Shown here: positions 33,209 to 42,701 of the stretch, one piece after another
Position numbering within the stretch: position 1 is the stretch's first letter
Layout of the letters: each line of letters opens with the position of its first letter
NCBI GenBank assembly: GCA_964631675.1
Contig: CAZVXJ010000001.1
Location: forward strand, 1-52,703
Direction: 5' to 3'
DNA: 52,703 nt
Source: an uncultured Alphaproteobacteria bacterium
Lineage (GTDB): Bacteria > Electryoneota > RPQS01
Notes under the pieces: generated by a model
Told to the model about the DNA's origin: nothing
Database searches by the model: none
What the model saw: the letters and a program-made list of their open reading frames with translations, nothing else
Made by a program: the position numbers and the translations under genes

Positions 33209-34102
33209 ATGAGCGAGATAAAAATTTCCTCCGGGATAGACAATCCTGCCCGGCCCGAGGTGGTGATGGGCGCCGTAGCCTATGATCCCAAAGTGGTGAC
33301 GATCTGGAACGGCTTTCGTGACTACTTCAGAGACCACGGGTTGGATTTCGATTACGTGCTCTATTCTAACTATGAGCGGCAGGTCGAAGCGCTGTTTCTG
33401 GGACACATTGACGTGGCGTGGAATTCACCACTGGCCTGGATACAGTGCGAACGCTTGGCAAAGACTCTTGGACGAAAGGCGGAGTCCATTTGCATGCGCG
33501 ACAGTGATTGTGACTTGACTTCGGTGGTCATCGTGCGCGCCAACAACGGGGTGAAAACCCTGTCCGATTTACGTGGAAAGCGAGTCGCGGTGGGTGCGAA
33601 AGACTCACCGCAGGCCACGCTGATTCCGCTCAGTTTCATTGCCGGCGAAGGGTTGATGCCGCACAGTGATTTTGAAGTGGTGCCGTTTGAGAAGTTGGTA
33701 GGTCTGCATGGTGACCACATCGGCGGTGAACGCGATGCGGCAGCGGCACTGGCTCGCGGCGAAGCGGATGCCGCATGCGTGCTTGAGGCCAATCTTCACC
33801 TGTTTGTGGATGAAGGAACGCTGAAGGAAAACACGACCCGTGTGTTAGCCCGCACGGAGGAATACGACCACTGTAATTTCACCATTCTCGATGGCGCCCC
33901 GAGGGAGGCGGTACAGCGATTCCGCGAGTTGCTTTTGGAAATGAGTTATTCTGATCCGAGGGTTCGGCCACTCTTGGACATGGAAGGCTTGAAGCAGTGG
34001 CGGCCCGGCCGGACAGCGGGTTATGCGGCCTTGTCCGAGGCGGTCAATCGTTTCGGCTCCATAGAGGAGTTCGTGGTAAACGCCGGTGCACGATGCCGAT
34101 GA
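33209..34102 (+). CDS. PhnD/SsuA-like periplasmic-binding-fold protein lacking a signal peptide
   Basis: 'VVMGAVAYDPKVVTIWNGFRDYFRDHGLDFDYVLYSNYERQVEALFLGHIDVAWNSPLAW' follows the phosphonate-binding (PhnD) family pattern. There is no hydrophobic N-terminus. Confidence 0.7.
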   Translation: MSEIKISSGIDNPARPEVVMGAVAYDPKVVTIWNGFRDYFRDHGLDFDYVLYSNYERQVEALFLGHIDVAWNSPLAWIQCERLAKTLGRKAESICMRDSDCDLTSVVIVRANNGVKTLSDLRGKRVAVGAKDSPQATLIPLSFIAGEGLMPHSDFEVVPFEKLVGLHGDHIGGERDAAAALARGEADAACVLEANLHLFVDEGTLKENTTRVLARTEEYDHCNFTILDGAPREAVQRFRELLLEMSYSDPRVRPLLDMEGLKQWRPGRTAGYAALSEAVNRFGSIEEFVVNAGARCR

Positions 34103-34203
34103 GGGCTTCGAGATACAAGTCTGCGATTCTTTAGAATTGTCGGCCAATGCGAGTTAATTAACGCGAAGAGAATTCGAGTATTGCAAAGAGGAGCTAAAAG
34201 CAC

Positions 34204-34232
34204 TTGACTTTTGGCTCTTTTTTGTGTTCAAT
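34204..34232 (+). promoter_or_regulatory. Sigma-70-type promoter with A-rich upstream element
   Basis: AAAAGCAC-TTGACT (34204-34209), 17 nt, then TTCAAT (34227-34232). The same AAAAR(A)CACTTGACW context recurs at 44375 and 52588. Confidence 0.5.
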
Positions 34233-34286
34233 AGGGTATTCGGGGGCTTGAACAGGGCTGAAAAACTCAAAAAAGAGGAGCAGGGG

Positions 34287-34937
34287 ATGGTCAAGAGATT
34301 TGGACAAGTCGTGCTGGCCGCTGCAGTCTGTGCGAGCATGGCATTCGCTGCAGACACGGTCACGGAAAAGAAGCAGGTGGGAATGATCGTTCCGACCACG
34401 GGGACTGCGAAGATGGTTGGAGCCATTTCGGTGAAGAAGATCCCGCCGACGACCTATGCTGCGTCGCTGCAGAAGGCTGCAGATTGCAAGCCGAAGGAAG
34501 GTTTTGCAGCAGGTAACGCGGGTTATGACCAGGCATATGGTTGCATGATGGAAAAAGGATTCACGGAGTTGATGGGCTGGATGCACACTGGCAATGCCCC
34601 GATGGGAGCGGCGCTCGCGACATATCATCAGGATCCAACGGTGACGGCGGCCGAAGCATTAACGACGACCGTGGCATTCCCCGTTGCCAAGGGTACGAAG
34701 GGCGTGGACAATGTGAAAATCATTGAAGAGCCTGAGCTGGAAGTGGCGGCGGTTCAATACACCGGTGATTACAGCGAGTCGGGTCCGATCTGGACGGCGA
34801 TTAAGAAATGGGTTGCCGAAAACGGGTACATCAGCAACGGCGCACCGAAAGAAGTTTACTTGAAAGGTCCATCGGACACACCGGTCAAGGAGGAATGGCT
34901 GACCGAGATTCGTCTGCCTGTGATTCATAAGAAGTAA
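34287..34937 (+). CDS. Secreted GyrI-like (AraC effector-binding/SOUL-like) small-molecule-binding domain protein
   Basis: GAGGAG ribosome-binding site and signal peptide MVKRFGQVVLAAAVCASMAFA-AD. The C-terminal half 'VAAVQYTGDYSESGPIWTAIKKWVAENGY...PKEVYLKGP......EEWLTEIRLPV' is the typical GyrI-like pattern. Confidence 0.7.
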   Translation: MVKRFGQVVLAAAVCASMAFAADTVTEKKQVGMIVPTTGTAKMVGAISVKKIPPTTYAASLQKAADCKPKEGFAAGNAGYDQAYGCMMEKGFTELMGWMHTGNAPMGAALATYHQDPTVTAAEALTTTVAFPVAKGTKGVDNVKIIEEPELEVAAVQYTGDYSESGPIWTAIKKWVAENGYISNGAPKEVYLKGPSDTPVKEEWLTEIRLPVIHKK

Positions 34938-34963
34938 TCTCAGCGGAAACATTCTAAATGAAG

Positions 34964-34998
34964 CGAGGGCGACCATGACGGTCGCCCTCGTGTTTTGT
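34964..34998 (+). terminator. Intrinsic terminator
   Basis: 11-bp stem CGAGGGCGACC-ATGAC-GGTCGCCCTCG followed by TGTTTTGT. Confidence 0.75.
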
Positions 34999-35678
34999 GA
35001 GATGATGTGCGCGATTCTTACGGTCCGCAATCGACGGAGCCGCAGACTGACTTGACCGTGTAGAAGAAGCGCTGCGCCGCGGTTGCGATGACATTTGGAT
35101 CCACAAAAAAGTATCCGTTGTGGCGCCGAAGAAAGCAAACAAATTGTCCGGCACGACAGCGACCGCTCAATCTGCGTCAAGGTATTCGGTTTCTGCCTGC
35201 CGTGCAAGCACTTTGGACTCATGGTAGCCATTAGTACTGGGGACCCACCCAAAATTTGGGATGAGTTGTGGATTATCCCCTGTCGTGAACGGGATGATGA
35301 AGACTTTTTTTAGGGAACCTATTCCGGATATTGACAAACGGTCAAAATAGTATGAACTTGAATTATGCACTATTGCTGTCATTATTCGATATCAGCCCAC
35401 CGCGGCGTGGTTTCACGAAGACCGTAACCAAACAATAAACAAAGACTTTCGCGCTGTTTGGATGAGCTCGTCTGGCTCTGTCGGGCGCCGCCGTGACAAC
35501 TCTGAAGAAGAGGCACAAGAGTATCGCGCGGGAATCAGTTTAGCATACCCCATGAAACACGTCCCCCGGAAAGAAGAGCATGCATACCCTCCCCAAGGAA
35601 AATATTCTGCTGCAACGCAGGGTACGATTAGCCACAATTTGATTCATTGAAACAAAGAAGAAGCAACAAGAAGTTCCG

Positions 35679-38600
35679 ATGAAGATCCGATCGCAATCTG
35701 TGCTGACGGCCGCGTGTCTCGCGGTGCAGATGTTAACATCATCCATGCAATTCGCTGTGGGAGCATTGCCACCGAGCAGTTTGTTCTCACTCTCTTCGGC
35801 TAACGTTCCGACCGTAACAATGAACGCAGTAGACAATGCAGCGCTCACTGCCGAAGACGAGATGGAACAGGCGGCTGCGCAGCTTGCGCAAACCACCATT
35901 CCTTACCAGATCGCCGAGCCGCTGGAAGTCCATCTGACTCTCGATAACTCAGGGAATTGGGAAACGCTCGCAAACGGCGATAGAATTTGGCGCCTGCGGA
36001 TTCTCTCCTCCGGCGCTACGGATCTTTTTCTGCTATACGATGCCTGGAGATTAGTCAAGCCTTGCGAACTGTGGCTCTACAATGATGACCGTTCGATGAT
36101 ACTCGGACCCTTCACCTACATTGACAATTGGGATGGAACGAATATCACGCCAATCACCGACGGAGATGCTGTCACGCTTGAATATTATGTGCCTGCGGGA
36201 GTCGAAGATGCCGGTGAACTTTCAATCATGCGTGTGCTGCATGGCTATCGTCAGTTTATCGCACGGCACGACGGAAACCGCGATCCGCTTGACGCCTTCG
36301 GCGACGCGATGCCATGCCATATCAACGTCCGCTGTTTCCCGGATTGGCAGGATGAGAAAAAATCTGTGGCGATGACGATTAATCCGATGGGCGGAGCCTG
36401 CTCGGGAACGATGCTCAACAATGTTCCGCAGAACGGTGCGCCGAATTTTCTCACGGCGAATCACTGTTTGGGAGGGAACTTGAGCAACTGGCTCTTTTAT
36501 TTCAATTATGAAAGTCCGCAGTGCAATCCGAATGCGAATGGCAACCTCAGCTATGTGATTCAAAATGCGTCGCTGCAGGCGAATGCATTACCGTCTGATT
36601 TCGCCCTGCTCAGGCTTTCGCGGCCACGACCGAACGCACCGTTCATTCCAAGATTTGAAGGCTGGGACAGACACGATATTGCGCCGGAAATCAGCATCAG
36701 CATTCACCATCCGAGCGCTGACGTGAAAAAAATTTCCTATGACACGAGTCCGGCGGTAAGTGATGATTATGGCGGATCTGAGGAACCTCATACTCATTGG
36801 CATTGTGAATGGGACTTGGGAACAACAGAGCCGGGTTCCTCCGGCGGGCCGCTGTTCGATGAATTCAGCCGGGTAGTAGGGCAGTGTCACGGCGGTTTTT
36901 CGGACTGCAATGTTGGCACGGAGGAAGATGTATGGTACGGAAAACTTTCGCGGAGCTGGAACGGTCCGACTTCGACTGACCGGCTGCGGGACTGGCTGGA
37001 TCCGGGCAACACCGGCGCTTGGGAGACAAACGCCTTCCAGCCGGTCGGCCCGCTGAATGACAGTTGCGGCCCGCTCGGTGAAAACATTCCGGTCATCTCA
37101 TCGGTTCCGTACTCGCATTCGGGAAGCACACAATGGGCATCCGATGATTATCAAGGCGGCTGTTTCGCGAATACGGCGCCGGATGTTTTCTACAGTTTGC
37201 GCATGAACTGCGATTATCAGATTACGATTTCGACGTGCGGATCCAATTTTGACACGCAGATTTACGTTACGAATGCGGCGTGTTCGCCGGGCGGTGCCTA
37301 CGTAATATGCAATGACGATTTCTGCGGAACGCAAAGTCAAGTCACATTTACTGCTGAAGCGGGCGAGCCTTATACCATCTGTATTGACGGCTATGGATCG
37401 GCCTGGGGAAATTACGTGATCAACGTGACGGGATTTGCTGCAGGGTCGCAGGGCAATGCGCAGTGCCCCGGCTTTCCCATCACCGAGATTCCGTACTTCA
37501 CATATGGTGCAAATTGGTGCGGAGGTGATCACATCACCCCGAGTTGCCGGAGCTCAGATAGCGAGGATATTCACTGGTACTGGGTCTCGCCTTACAGCCA
37601 GGCGATGCGTGCCAAGACCTGTTACATAAACTACGATACCATTCTGGAAGTTCGTTACAGCGGTTCGTGCCCGGGAACCTGGCTGGCGGGCTGCAATGAT
37701 GATACGTACTGCGGTCTGGATGCGCTGGCGAGCACCGTAGTGTTTGACGCATACAACGGCGTCACATTTTACATTCACCTCGATGGGTACAATGGTGCCA
37801 CCGGAATGGCATCGCTGGAACTGGAAGCCTACAATGACGACTGTTCCAGCCCGATTGTCGTGCCCAGCCTGCCCGCCAACTACGGCGGCGACACCAGGGC
37901 GGGCGTAGATGATTTTGCCACGGTTGTCGGACCATCCTCCAAAGAGCTGTTCTTCAAATACACCTCTCCCACTTGTCAGACGATGGGGGTGTCGCTGTGC
38001 GATCCGATTACGACATATGATACCGGGCTGGAAGTGCGCACGGGCGGCCCCTGCCCCGGATCGACGCTCGTTGCCTACAACGACGATCTCTGTGGTTTGA
38101 AGAGCCAGGTGATTTTCAGCGCGGAAGCAAACCGCACTTATTACATCATTGTTGGCGGTTACGGAACGAATGCAGGGCCGTTTATGGCATACTTCTATAA
38201 CATACCCGGAACTCCGGCCGCTCCGCTGGCAGATGTTTGCTTTGGCATTCAGGTCACAAATTTGCCGTTTACGGATTATGGCAATACGAATTGCATGGCA
38301 GACAACTTTGCCGACTGCGTGGGTTCCACGTCACCGGAGATGTATTACTCCCTCGTCCGTCCGCAGTGTGAAGAGGTTACAGTTTCGTTGTGCGGTTCGG
38401 GCTACGATACCGGACTGGGCGTCTACCAGGGCTTGTGTCCCGCCGGTGGACCTTGGGTTGTCTGCAACGATGACAACTACTGCGGTCAACTCTACACCTA
38501 CCAGAGCACAGTTTCGTTCACCGCATTGGCTAATACCTACTACCAGATACTGGTGCATGGCTTTTCTACCTATTCAGGTCCATACGTCATCAATGTCACA

Positions 38601-39023
38601 AGCTATCCATGCAACATACCCCCCGAGGCTGTGGATGATCAAGTTTCGCAGTTTAACCCGGCGACGGGCGATGTCGTGCTGACATGGGGCGCGGTTCCGG
38701 GGGCTGACATTTACCATATTTACCGCTCCTCGGTTTTCCAGAATCTGTTTCTACCTCAAAGTTTGATCGCGAGCGTGACGGGCACCAGTTACACCTGCGC
38801 CGGATGCATCAATGATCCGGCAGATCGTTCGTTCTTCGGAGTGACTTCCGAGAATTATGAGTCGGTGACGGCTCCGCCGCCCGAATTGCCGGACATCAGC
38901 ATGTTCACCAAGGCCGATGCGGTGCAGGGCCAGACTGTGCTGTCTCCGGAGGCCACCGTGCCAGCGCTCAATGCCGAGCATACACCAGAATGGAAACAGG
39001 CAGAGTTAAGCAACGGACAATAG
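35679..39023 (+). CDS. Secreted S1-family serine endopeptidase (lysyl-endopeptidase-like) with four Cys-rich modules and an FN3-like module
   Basis: Triad contexts are 'FLTANHC' (His), 'SDFALLRL' (Asp) and 'EPGSSGGPLF' (Ser). The prodomain 'NSGNWETLANGDRIWRLRILSSGA..L.LLYD.W.L' is typical of lysyl-endopeptidase precursors, by recollection. 1114 aa. Confidence 0.9.
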   Translation: MKIRSQSVLTAACLAVQMLTSSMQFAVGALPPSSLFSLSSANVPTVTMNAVDNAALTAEDEMEQAAAQLAQTTIPYQIAEPLEVHLTLDNSGNWETLANGDRIWRLRILSSGATDLFLLYDAWRLVKPCELWLYNDDRSMILGPFTYIDNWDGTNITPITDGDAVTLEYYVPAGVEDAGELSIMRVLHGYRQFIARHDGNRDPLDAFGDAMPCHINVRCFPDWQDEKKSVAMTINPMGGACSGTMLNNVPQNGAPNFLTANHCLGGNLSNWLFYFNYESPQCNPNANGNLSYVIQNASLQANALPSDFALLRLSRPRPNAPFIPRFEGWDRHDIAPEISISIHHPSADVKKISYDTSPAVSDDYGGSEEPHTHWHCEWDLGTTEPGSSGGPLFDEFSRVVGQCHGGFSDCNVGTEEDVWYGKLSRSWNGPTSTDRLRDWLDPGNTGAWETNAFQPVGPLNDSCGPLGENIPVISSVPYSHSGSTQWASDDYQGGCFANTAPDVFYSLRMNCDYQITISTCGSNFDTQIYVTNAACSPGGAYVICNDDFCGTQSQVTFTAEAGEPYTICIDGYGSAWGNYVINVTGFAAGSQGNAQCPGFPITEIPYFTYGANWCGGDHITPSCRSSDSEDIHWYWVSPYSQAMRAKTCYINYDTILEVRYSGSCPGTWLAGCNDDTYCGLDALASTVVFDAYNGVTFYIHLDGYNGATGMASLELEAYNDDCSSPIVVPSLPANYGGDTRAGVDDFATVVGPSSKELFFKYTSPTCQTMGVSLCDPITTYDTGLEVRTGGPCPGSTLVAYNDDLCGLKSQVIFSAEANRTYYIIVGGYGTNAGPFMAYFYNIPGTPAAPLADVCFGIQVTNLPFTDYGNTNCMADNFADCVGSTSPEMYYSLVRPQCEEVTVSLCGSGYDTGLGVYQGLCPAGGPWVVCNDDNYCGQLYTYQSTVSFTALANTYYQILVHGFSTYSGPYVINVTSYPCNIPPEAVDDQVSQFNPATGDVVLTWGAVPGADIYHIYRSSVFQNLFLPQSLIASVTGTSYTCAGCINDPADRSFFGVTSENYESVTAPPPELPDISMFTKADAVQGQTVLSPEATVPALNAEHTPEWKQAELSNGQ

Positions 39024-39084
39024 AACCGTGATGACGGTTCATTAGACTGTTTGTAGAGTACCCAGTGTCGAGAAGGAGGTCATT

Positions 39085-42000
39085 ATGCAGGGCCGCCGCA
39101 CACAAGCTCTCGTTCAAGCCGTTGTGCTTGGATTGACCATGATCGTGTTCTTTAGTCGCGCTGCAGCACAAATCAGCGCTGGTGGAACACCAATCAGTTT
39201 TGGGACTCCGATTGCCGGAGTGGTTCCGACAACGACGATGCCGTCAGTAGATGTGGCGGCATTACTGGCTGAAGACGCACTCGCTTCCGAAAACGATCCC
39301 TATCGATTTGCTGAGGGAATAGACGTTCACCTAAATTTGAACAACTCCGGCACATGGGTTGTATTGCCTAACGGCGACCGTCTTTGGCGGCTGCGAATTC
39401 AATCGGAAGGCGCGCAGACACTGGGGTTGATTTACGACGAGTGGAACTTACCGAAAGGGGCAAGGCTCTTTTTGTATAATGACGATCATTCGCATGTGAT
39501 CGGGGCATTCACGTCATCGAATAACTGGAGGGACGGAACGAATACGACGGCGCCGGTGCGGGGCGATGCCATCACACTGGAGCTTGTGGAACCTTCCGGT
39601 AAGCGGGGTGAATCGGTTTTGTCCGTGAGCAGGGTTTGCCATGCCTACCGCGGCGCATCCGGATTTCATTCGCGCGATCCCTTAGACGCATACGGCGCCT
39701 CGGATACGTGCATGATCAATGTGGCCTGTCCGCTGGGTGACGATTGGCAGAACGAAGCCAACAGCATCGCAAAAATATATGTTGCAGGTACTCACCTGTG
39801 TACCGGAGCGCTCATTCGTACTGCCGACGGCGCTTTTCATCCGTACATTCTCACGGCGAATCACTGTTTTAAGCCCGGAATGGCGAGTTCGGTGTTTGAA
39901 TTTGATTATAGAAGTGTGACCTGTGCGGGGCAGCAGCCGCCTGCAAGTACACATGTGATTGCGAACTGTGTTGTGAATGCGCGCTGGCGCCAATCGGATT
40001 TCATGCTACTCGAAATGTCCTCACTTCCGCCGGTGAATTGGACTCCCTATTTCGCCGGTTGGGATCGCAGAGATGTCATTCCGCCGAATACGACCGGATT
40101 GCATCATCCCCAAGGGGATGTGATGAAAATCAGCTTTGACAATGATTCACCTGTCGGCCCCAATCCGTTTGATACGACCTATGTGCCCGAAGGTCCTGAC
40201 CAATATATGTGGCGAGTCGTGGACTGGGATAATGGCTCCACGCAAGGCGGTTCTTCCGGTTCTCCCCTGTTTGACGCGAATCATCGCATTATCGGACAAC
40301 TATATGGCGGCGCTGCAACCTGCGCGAACAACCTATATGATAGGTATGGCCGGCTCGCGCGATCATGGTGGGGCGGTGACAGTTTTGACAGCTCACTAGT
40401 CTCTTGGCTTGATCTTAATGCGACGGATACCCTATTCATTAACGGGGCTTATCTCAACTCTCCGGCCAATGATCTCTGTCCGGGTATAGAAATCAGCTCG
40501 ATTCCATTTTCGCATTCGAGTTCAACGGCGCTGGCATCGCGCGATTATGACAATTTTATCGAAGGTGTTGGCCCGGAGGTCATCTACAGACTGAGTCTTG
40601 ATCCCGGATTTTATGAAAACCACCAACCGCTGCGGGTGAGTGTTTGTACGGCTGATTTCGACGCCGCTGTAGAAGTGCGCGACGGCTGTGAGTGCGGCAC
40701 GCTGGTCGCTTGGGATGATGATTTATGCGGACCGAACGCGGGAGCAAGATGCGATTTTGTAGCGTGGTACGCCCAGACCTACTACATTCGGGTGTACGGC
40801 GCAGGGACAGCCAGCGGAAATTATACCTTAAGCGTTACAGCACTGGCTCCGCCAGTGAGCTATGGTGGAGATAACTGCGGTGACATTACGACCTTGCCTG
40901 AAACGCCATTTTTAAGACAGGGGACGACTCTCGGTTACGCCGACGATTTCACGTTATGTTCGATAGGGTATGAAGAACCCGATGCAGTACACCGATTTCA
41001 GCCGGACACGAACGGATTTTATGTCGGACGCTATGCGTCATTGTTTTATTCCTGTCTGGTGGTCAGGCAATCGAACGCGTGTCCGGGTGGCAGTGATTGG
41101 TTTCATCCGGGTTATAACGGCCAAACGTTCGCGGTCAGTTATGCGCCGAACCCACCGACACGAATCTGGATAGACAGCAACGAGGAGAGCGCAACGGATC
41201 AGGGGAACTACTATCTTGAAATGCGCCATGTGGATTCATGCATCACCGGACCGCGCGCGAGCTGTATAGCGGCTCCCATGGCCACCGCTCCCTTTGCGGC
41301 GAGCGGAACGTATTTTTGCGAGCATCCGCTGAAAAACCTGAATCCGATCTGGTATCCTTTTGTGCTGGAACAGGTGTGTGATTTGGAGATTCTGCTCTGC
41401 ACGGACGCCGTATGCGGTTACGACTGTATTCTGGGTGCGGATGTATATTCAACATGTCCGGCAGGAGAGTTTCCTTTACCTGCCGATGAATATGATTACG
41501 CGCCTCAGGAATGTGATGTGGCCGGAATGAAGCAAACATACTATGCACTGCCTGCGGGAACCTATTACATTGCAGTATACGATTGGCTGTCTTGCGGGAA
41601 CGAAATCCAGTATGTACTGAACGTGGAATGTCCGCCGGGTGCGCGACCCGCGAATGACCGCTGTGAGCAAGCCGCTCCGGTCTCATTACCTGCAAATCTT
41701 ACGGGCACAACTGTGGGTTCGACGAAAGATTGCAGCTATCTTCCCGGCGGGGCGGAAACCTGGCACGCATTTACCGTGCCCGTTTCCAGCGATGTTACCT
41801 TGAATTTTTGCGGAACATCGCCGGCATTCTCAACAGTCAATACCGTGTTGGTTCAAAACTGTCCCTGTGATCCGACTTTGATTCAAGCGAGCAGCCTCGA
41901 ACAGTGCGGCGACGGTAATTATACGATGACATGGGTTGACCTTGCAGCAGGCACCTACTATTATCCGGTAAGGCACGAGGCGAATCTTGCAGACGGCCCA

Positions 42001-42663
42001 TACACAATAAATGCCACGGCATTCCCACATACTCCACCCAATGATGTAGGTCCGGGAGTACTCGTTCAATCGATACCCTTCTATTATGCCGGATCGACTT
42101 CCGGCGCACACTCAGAAGAGTACACAGGTTGTGACGATCAGGAAAGCCCAACCGTTTACTTCACATTGAATTTTCCCGAATGCCGTGATGTTGTTGTTGA
42201 TCTTTGCGGCTCAAGTTTCGATACGCGACTGGATTTGCGCACAGGCGGCAGTTTCCCGGGCGATTCCTTGCTGGCCTGCGGCCAGAATGAAACTTGCCCC
42301 GAAGATTCCTTCCCGCATGCCATGATTTCATTTCAGGCGTTGCCCAATACCAACTATTATCTCGTCGTACACGGTGAAGATGGCGCCAGCGGCCAATATC
42401 AAATGACCATTGAAGGAGCGGTTTGCGGCGGCGGCTTGGGCACTCCGGATTCGCTCGTAATACGCAGAAACGGAGATCACATTCGGCTGAATTGGAGTTC
42501 GGCTGCGGGCGCAGTTCACTACAACGTGTATCGCTCGAGCAATTCCGGAGTGGCGATTATTCCGGCAAATTTGATTGGGACATCTAATACGACCTTTTAC
42601 ACCGATTCATCGGCGGTGCTGAATCCGGCTGCGGCGAGATTTTACGCGGTGACGGCGGAGTGA
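39085..42663 (+). CDS. Secreted S1-family serine endopeptidase (tandem paralogue) with about five Cys-rich modules and an FN3-like C-terminal module
   Basis: GAAGGAGG ribosome-binding site. Triad contexts 'ILTANHCF', 'SDFMLLEM' and 'TQGGSSGSPLF'. The prodomain is the same as in the upstream gene ('NSGTWVVLPNGDRLWRLRIQSEGA'). Confidence 0.9.
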   Translation: MQGRRTQALVQAVVLGLTMIVFFSRAAAQISAGGTPISFGTPIAGVVPTTTMPSVDVAALLAEDALASENDPYRFAEGIDVHLNLNNSGTWVVLPNGDRLWRLRIQSEGAQTLGLIYDEWNLPKGARLFLYNDDHSHVIGAFTSSNNWRDGTNTTAPVRGDAITLELVEPSGKRGESVLSVSRVCHAYRGASGFHSRDPLDAYGASDTCMINVACPLGDDWQNEANSIAKIYVAGTHLCTGALIRTADGAFHPYILTANHCFKPGMASSVFEFDYRSVTCAGQQPPASTHVIANCVVNARWRQSDFMLLEMSSLPPVNWTPYFAGWDRRDVIPPNTTGLHHPQGDVMKISFDNDSPVGPNPFDTTYVPEGPDQYMWRVVDWDNGSTQGGSSGSPLFDANHRIIGQLYGGAATCANNLYDRYGRLARSWWGGDSFDSSLVSWLDLNATDTLFINGAYLNSPANDLCPGIEISSIPFSHSSSTALASRDYDNFIEGVGPEVIYRLSLDPGFYENHQPLRVSVCTADFDAAVEVRDGCECGTLVAWDDDLCGPNAGARCDFVAWYAQTYYIRVYGAGTASGNYTLSVTALAPPVSYGGDNCGDITTLPETPFLRQGTTLGYADDFTLCSIGYEEPDAVHRFQPDTNGFYVGRYASLFYSCLVVRQSNACPGGSDWFHPGYNGQTFAVSYAPNPPTRIWIDSNEESATDQGNYYLEMRHVDSCITGPRASCIAAPMATAPFAASGTYFCEHPLKNLNPIWYPFVLEQVCDLEILLCTDAVCGYDCILGADVYSTCPAGEFPLPADEYDYAPQECDVAGMKQTYYALPAGTYYIAVYDWLSCGNEIQYVLNVECPPGARPANDRCEQAAPVSLPANLTGTTVGSTKDCSYLPGGAETWHAFTVPVSSDVTLNFCGTSPAFSTVNTVLVQNCPCDPTLIQASSLEQCGDGNYTMTWVDLAAGTYYYPVRHEANLADGPYTINATAFPHTPPNDVGPGVLVQSIPFYYAGSTSGAHSEEYTGCDDQESPTVYFTLNFPECRDVVVDLCGSSFDTRLDLRTGGSFPGDSLLACGQNETCPEDSFPHAMISFQALPNTNYYLVVHGEDGASGQYQMTIEGAVCGGGLGTPDSLVIRRNGDHIRLNWSSAAGAVHYNVYRSSNSGVAIIPANLIGTSNTTFYTDSSAVLNPAAARFYAVTAE

Positions 42664-42701
42664 GTCACGCAATATTCCTTGAAAGTAATTAACAGGAAGT
42701 G

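Noticed and set aside
34954-35382. A third same-frame ORF pair separated by one TGA (35167..35382 and 34954..35154, minus strand)
   Set aside because: The downstream part is Ser/Arg-rich and runs through the terminator hairpin of the GyrI-like gene. There is no RBS, no recognisable motif and no signal peptide. This is most likely chance or decayed sequence in a non-coding region, not a third recoding event.
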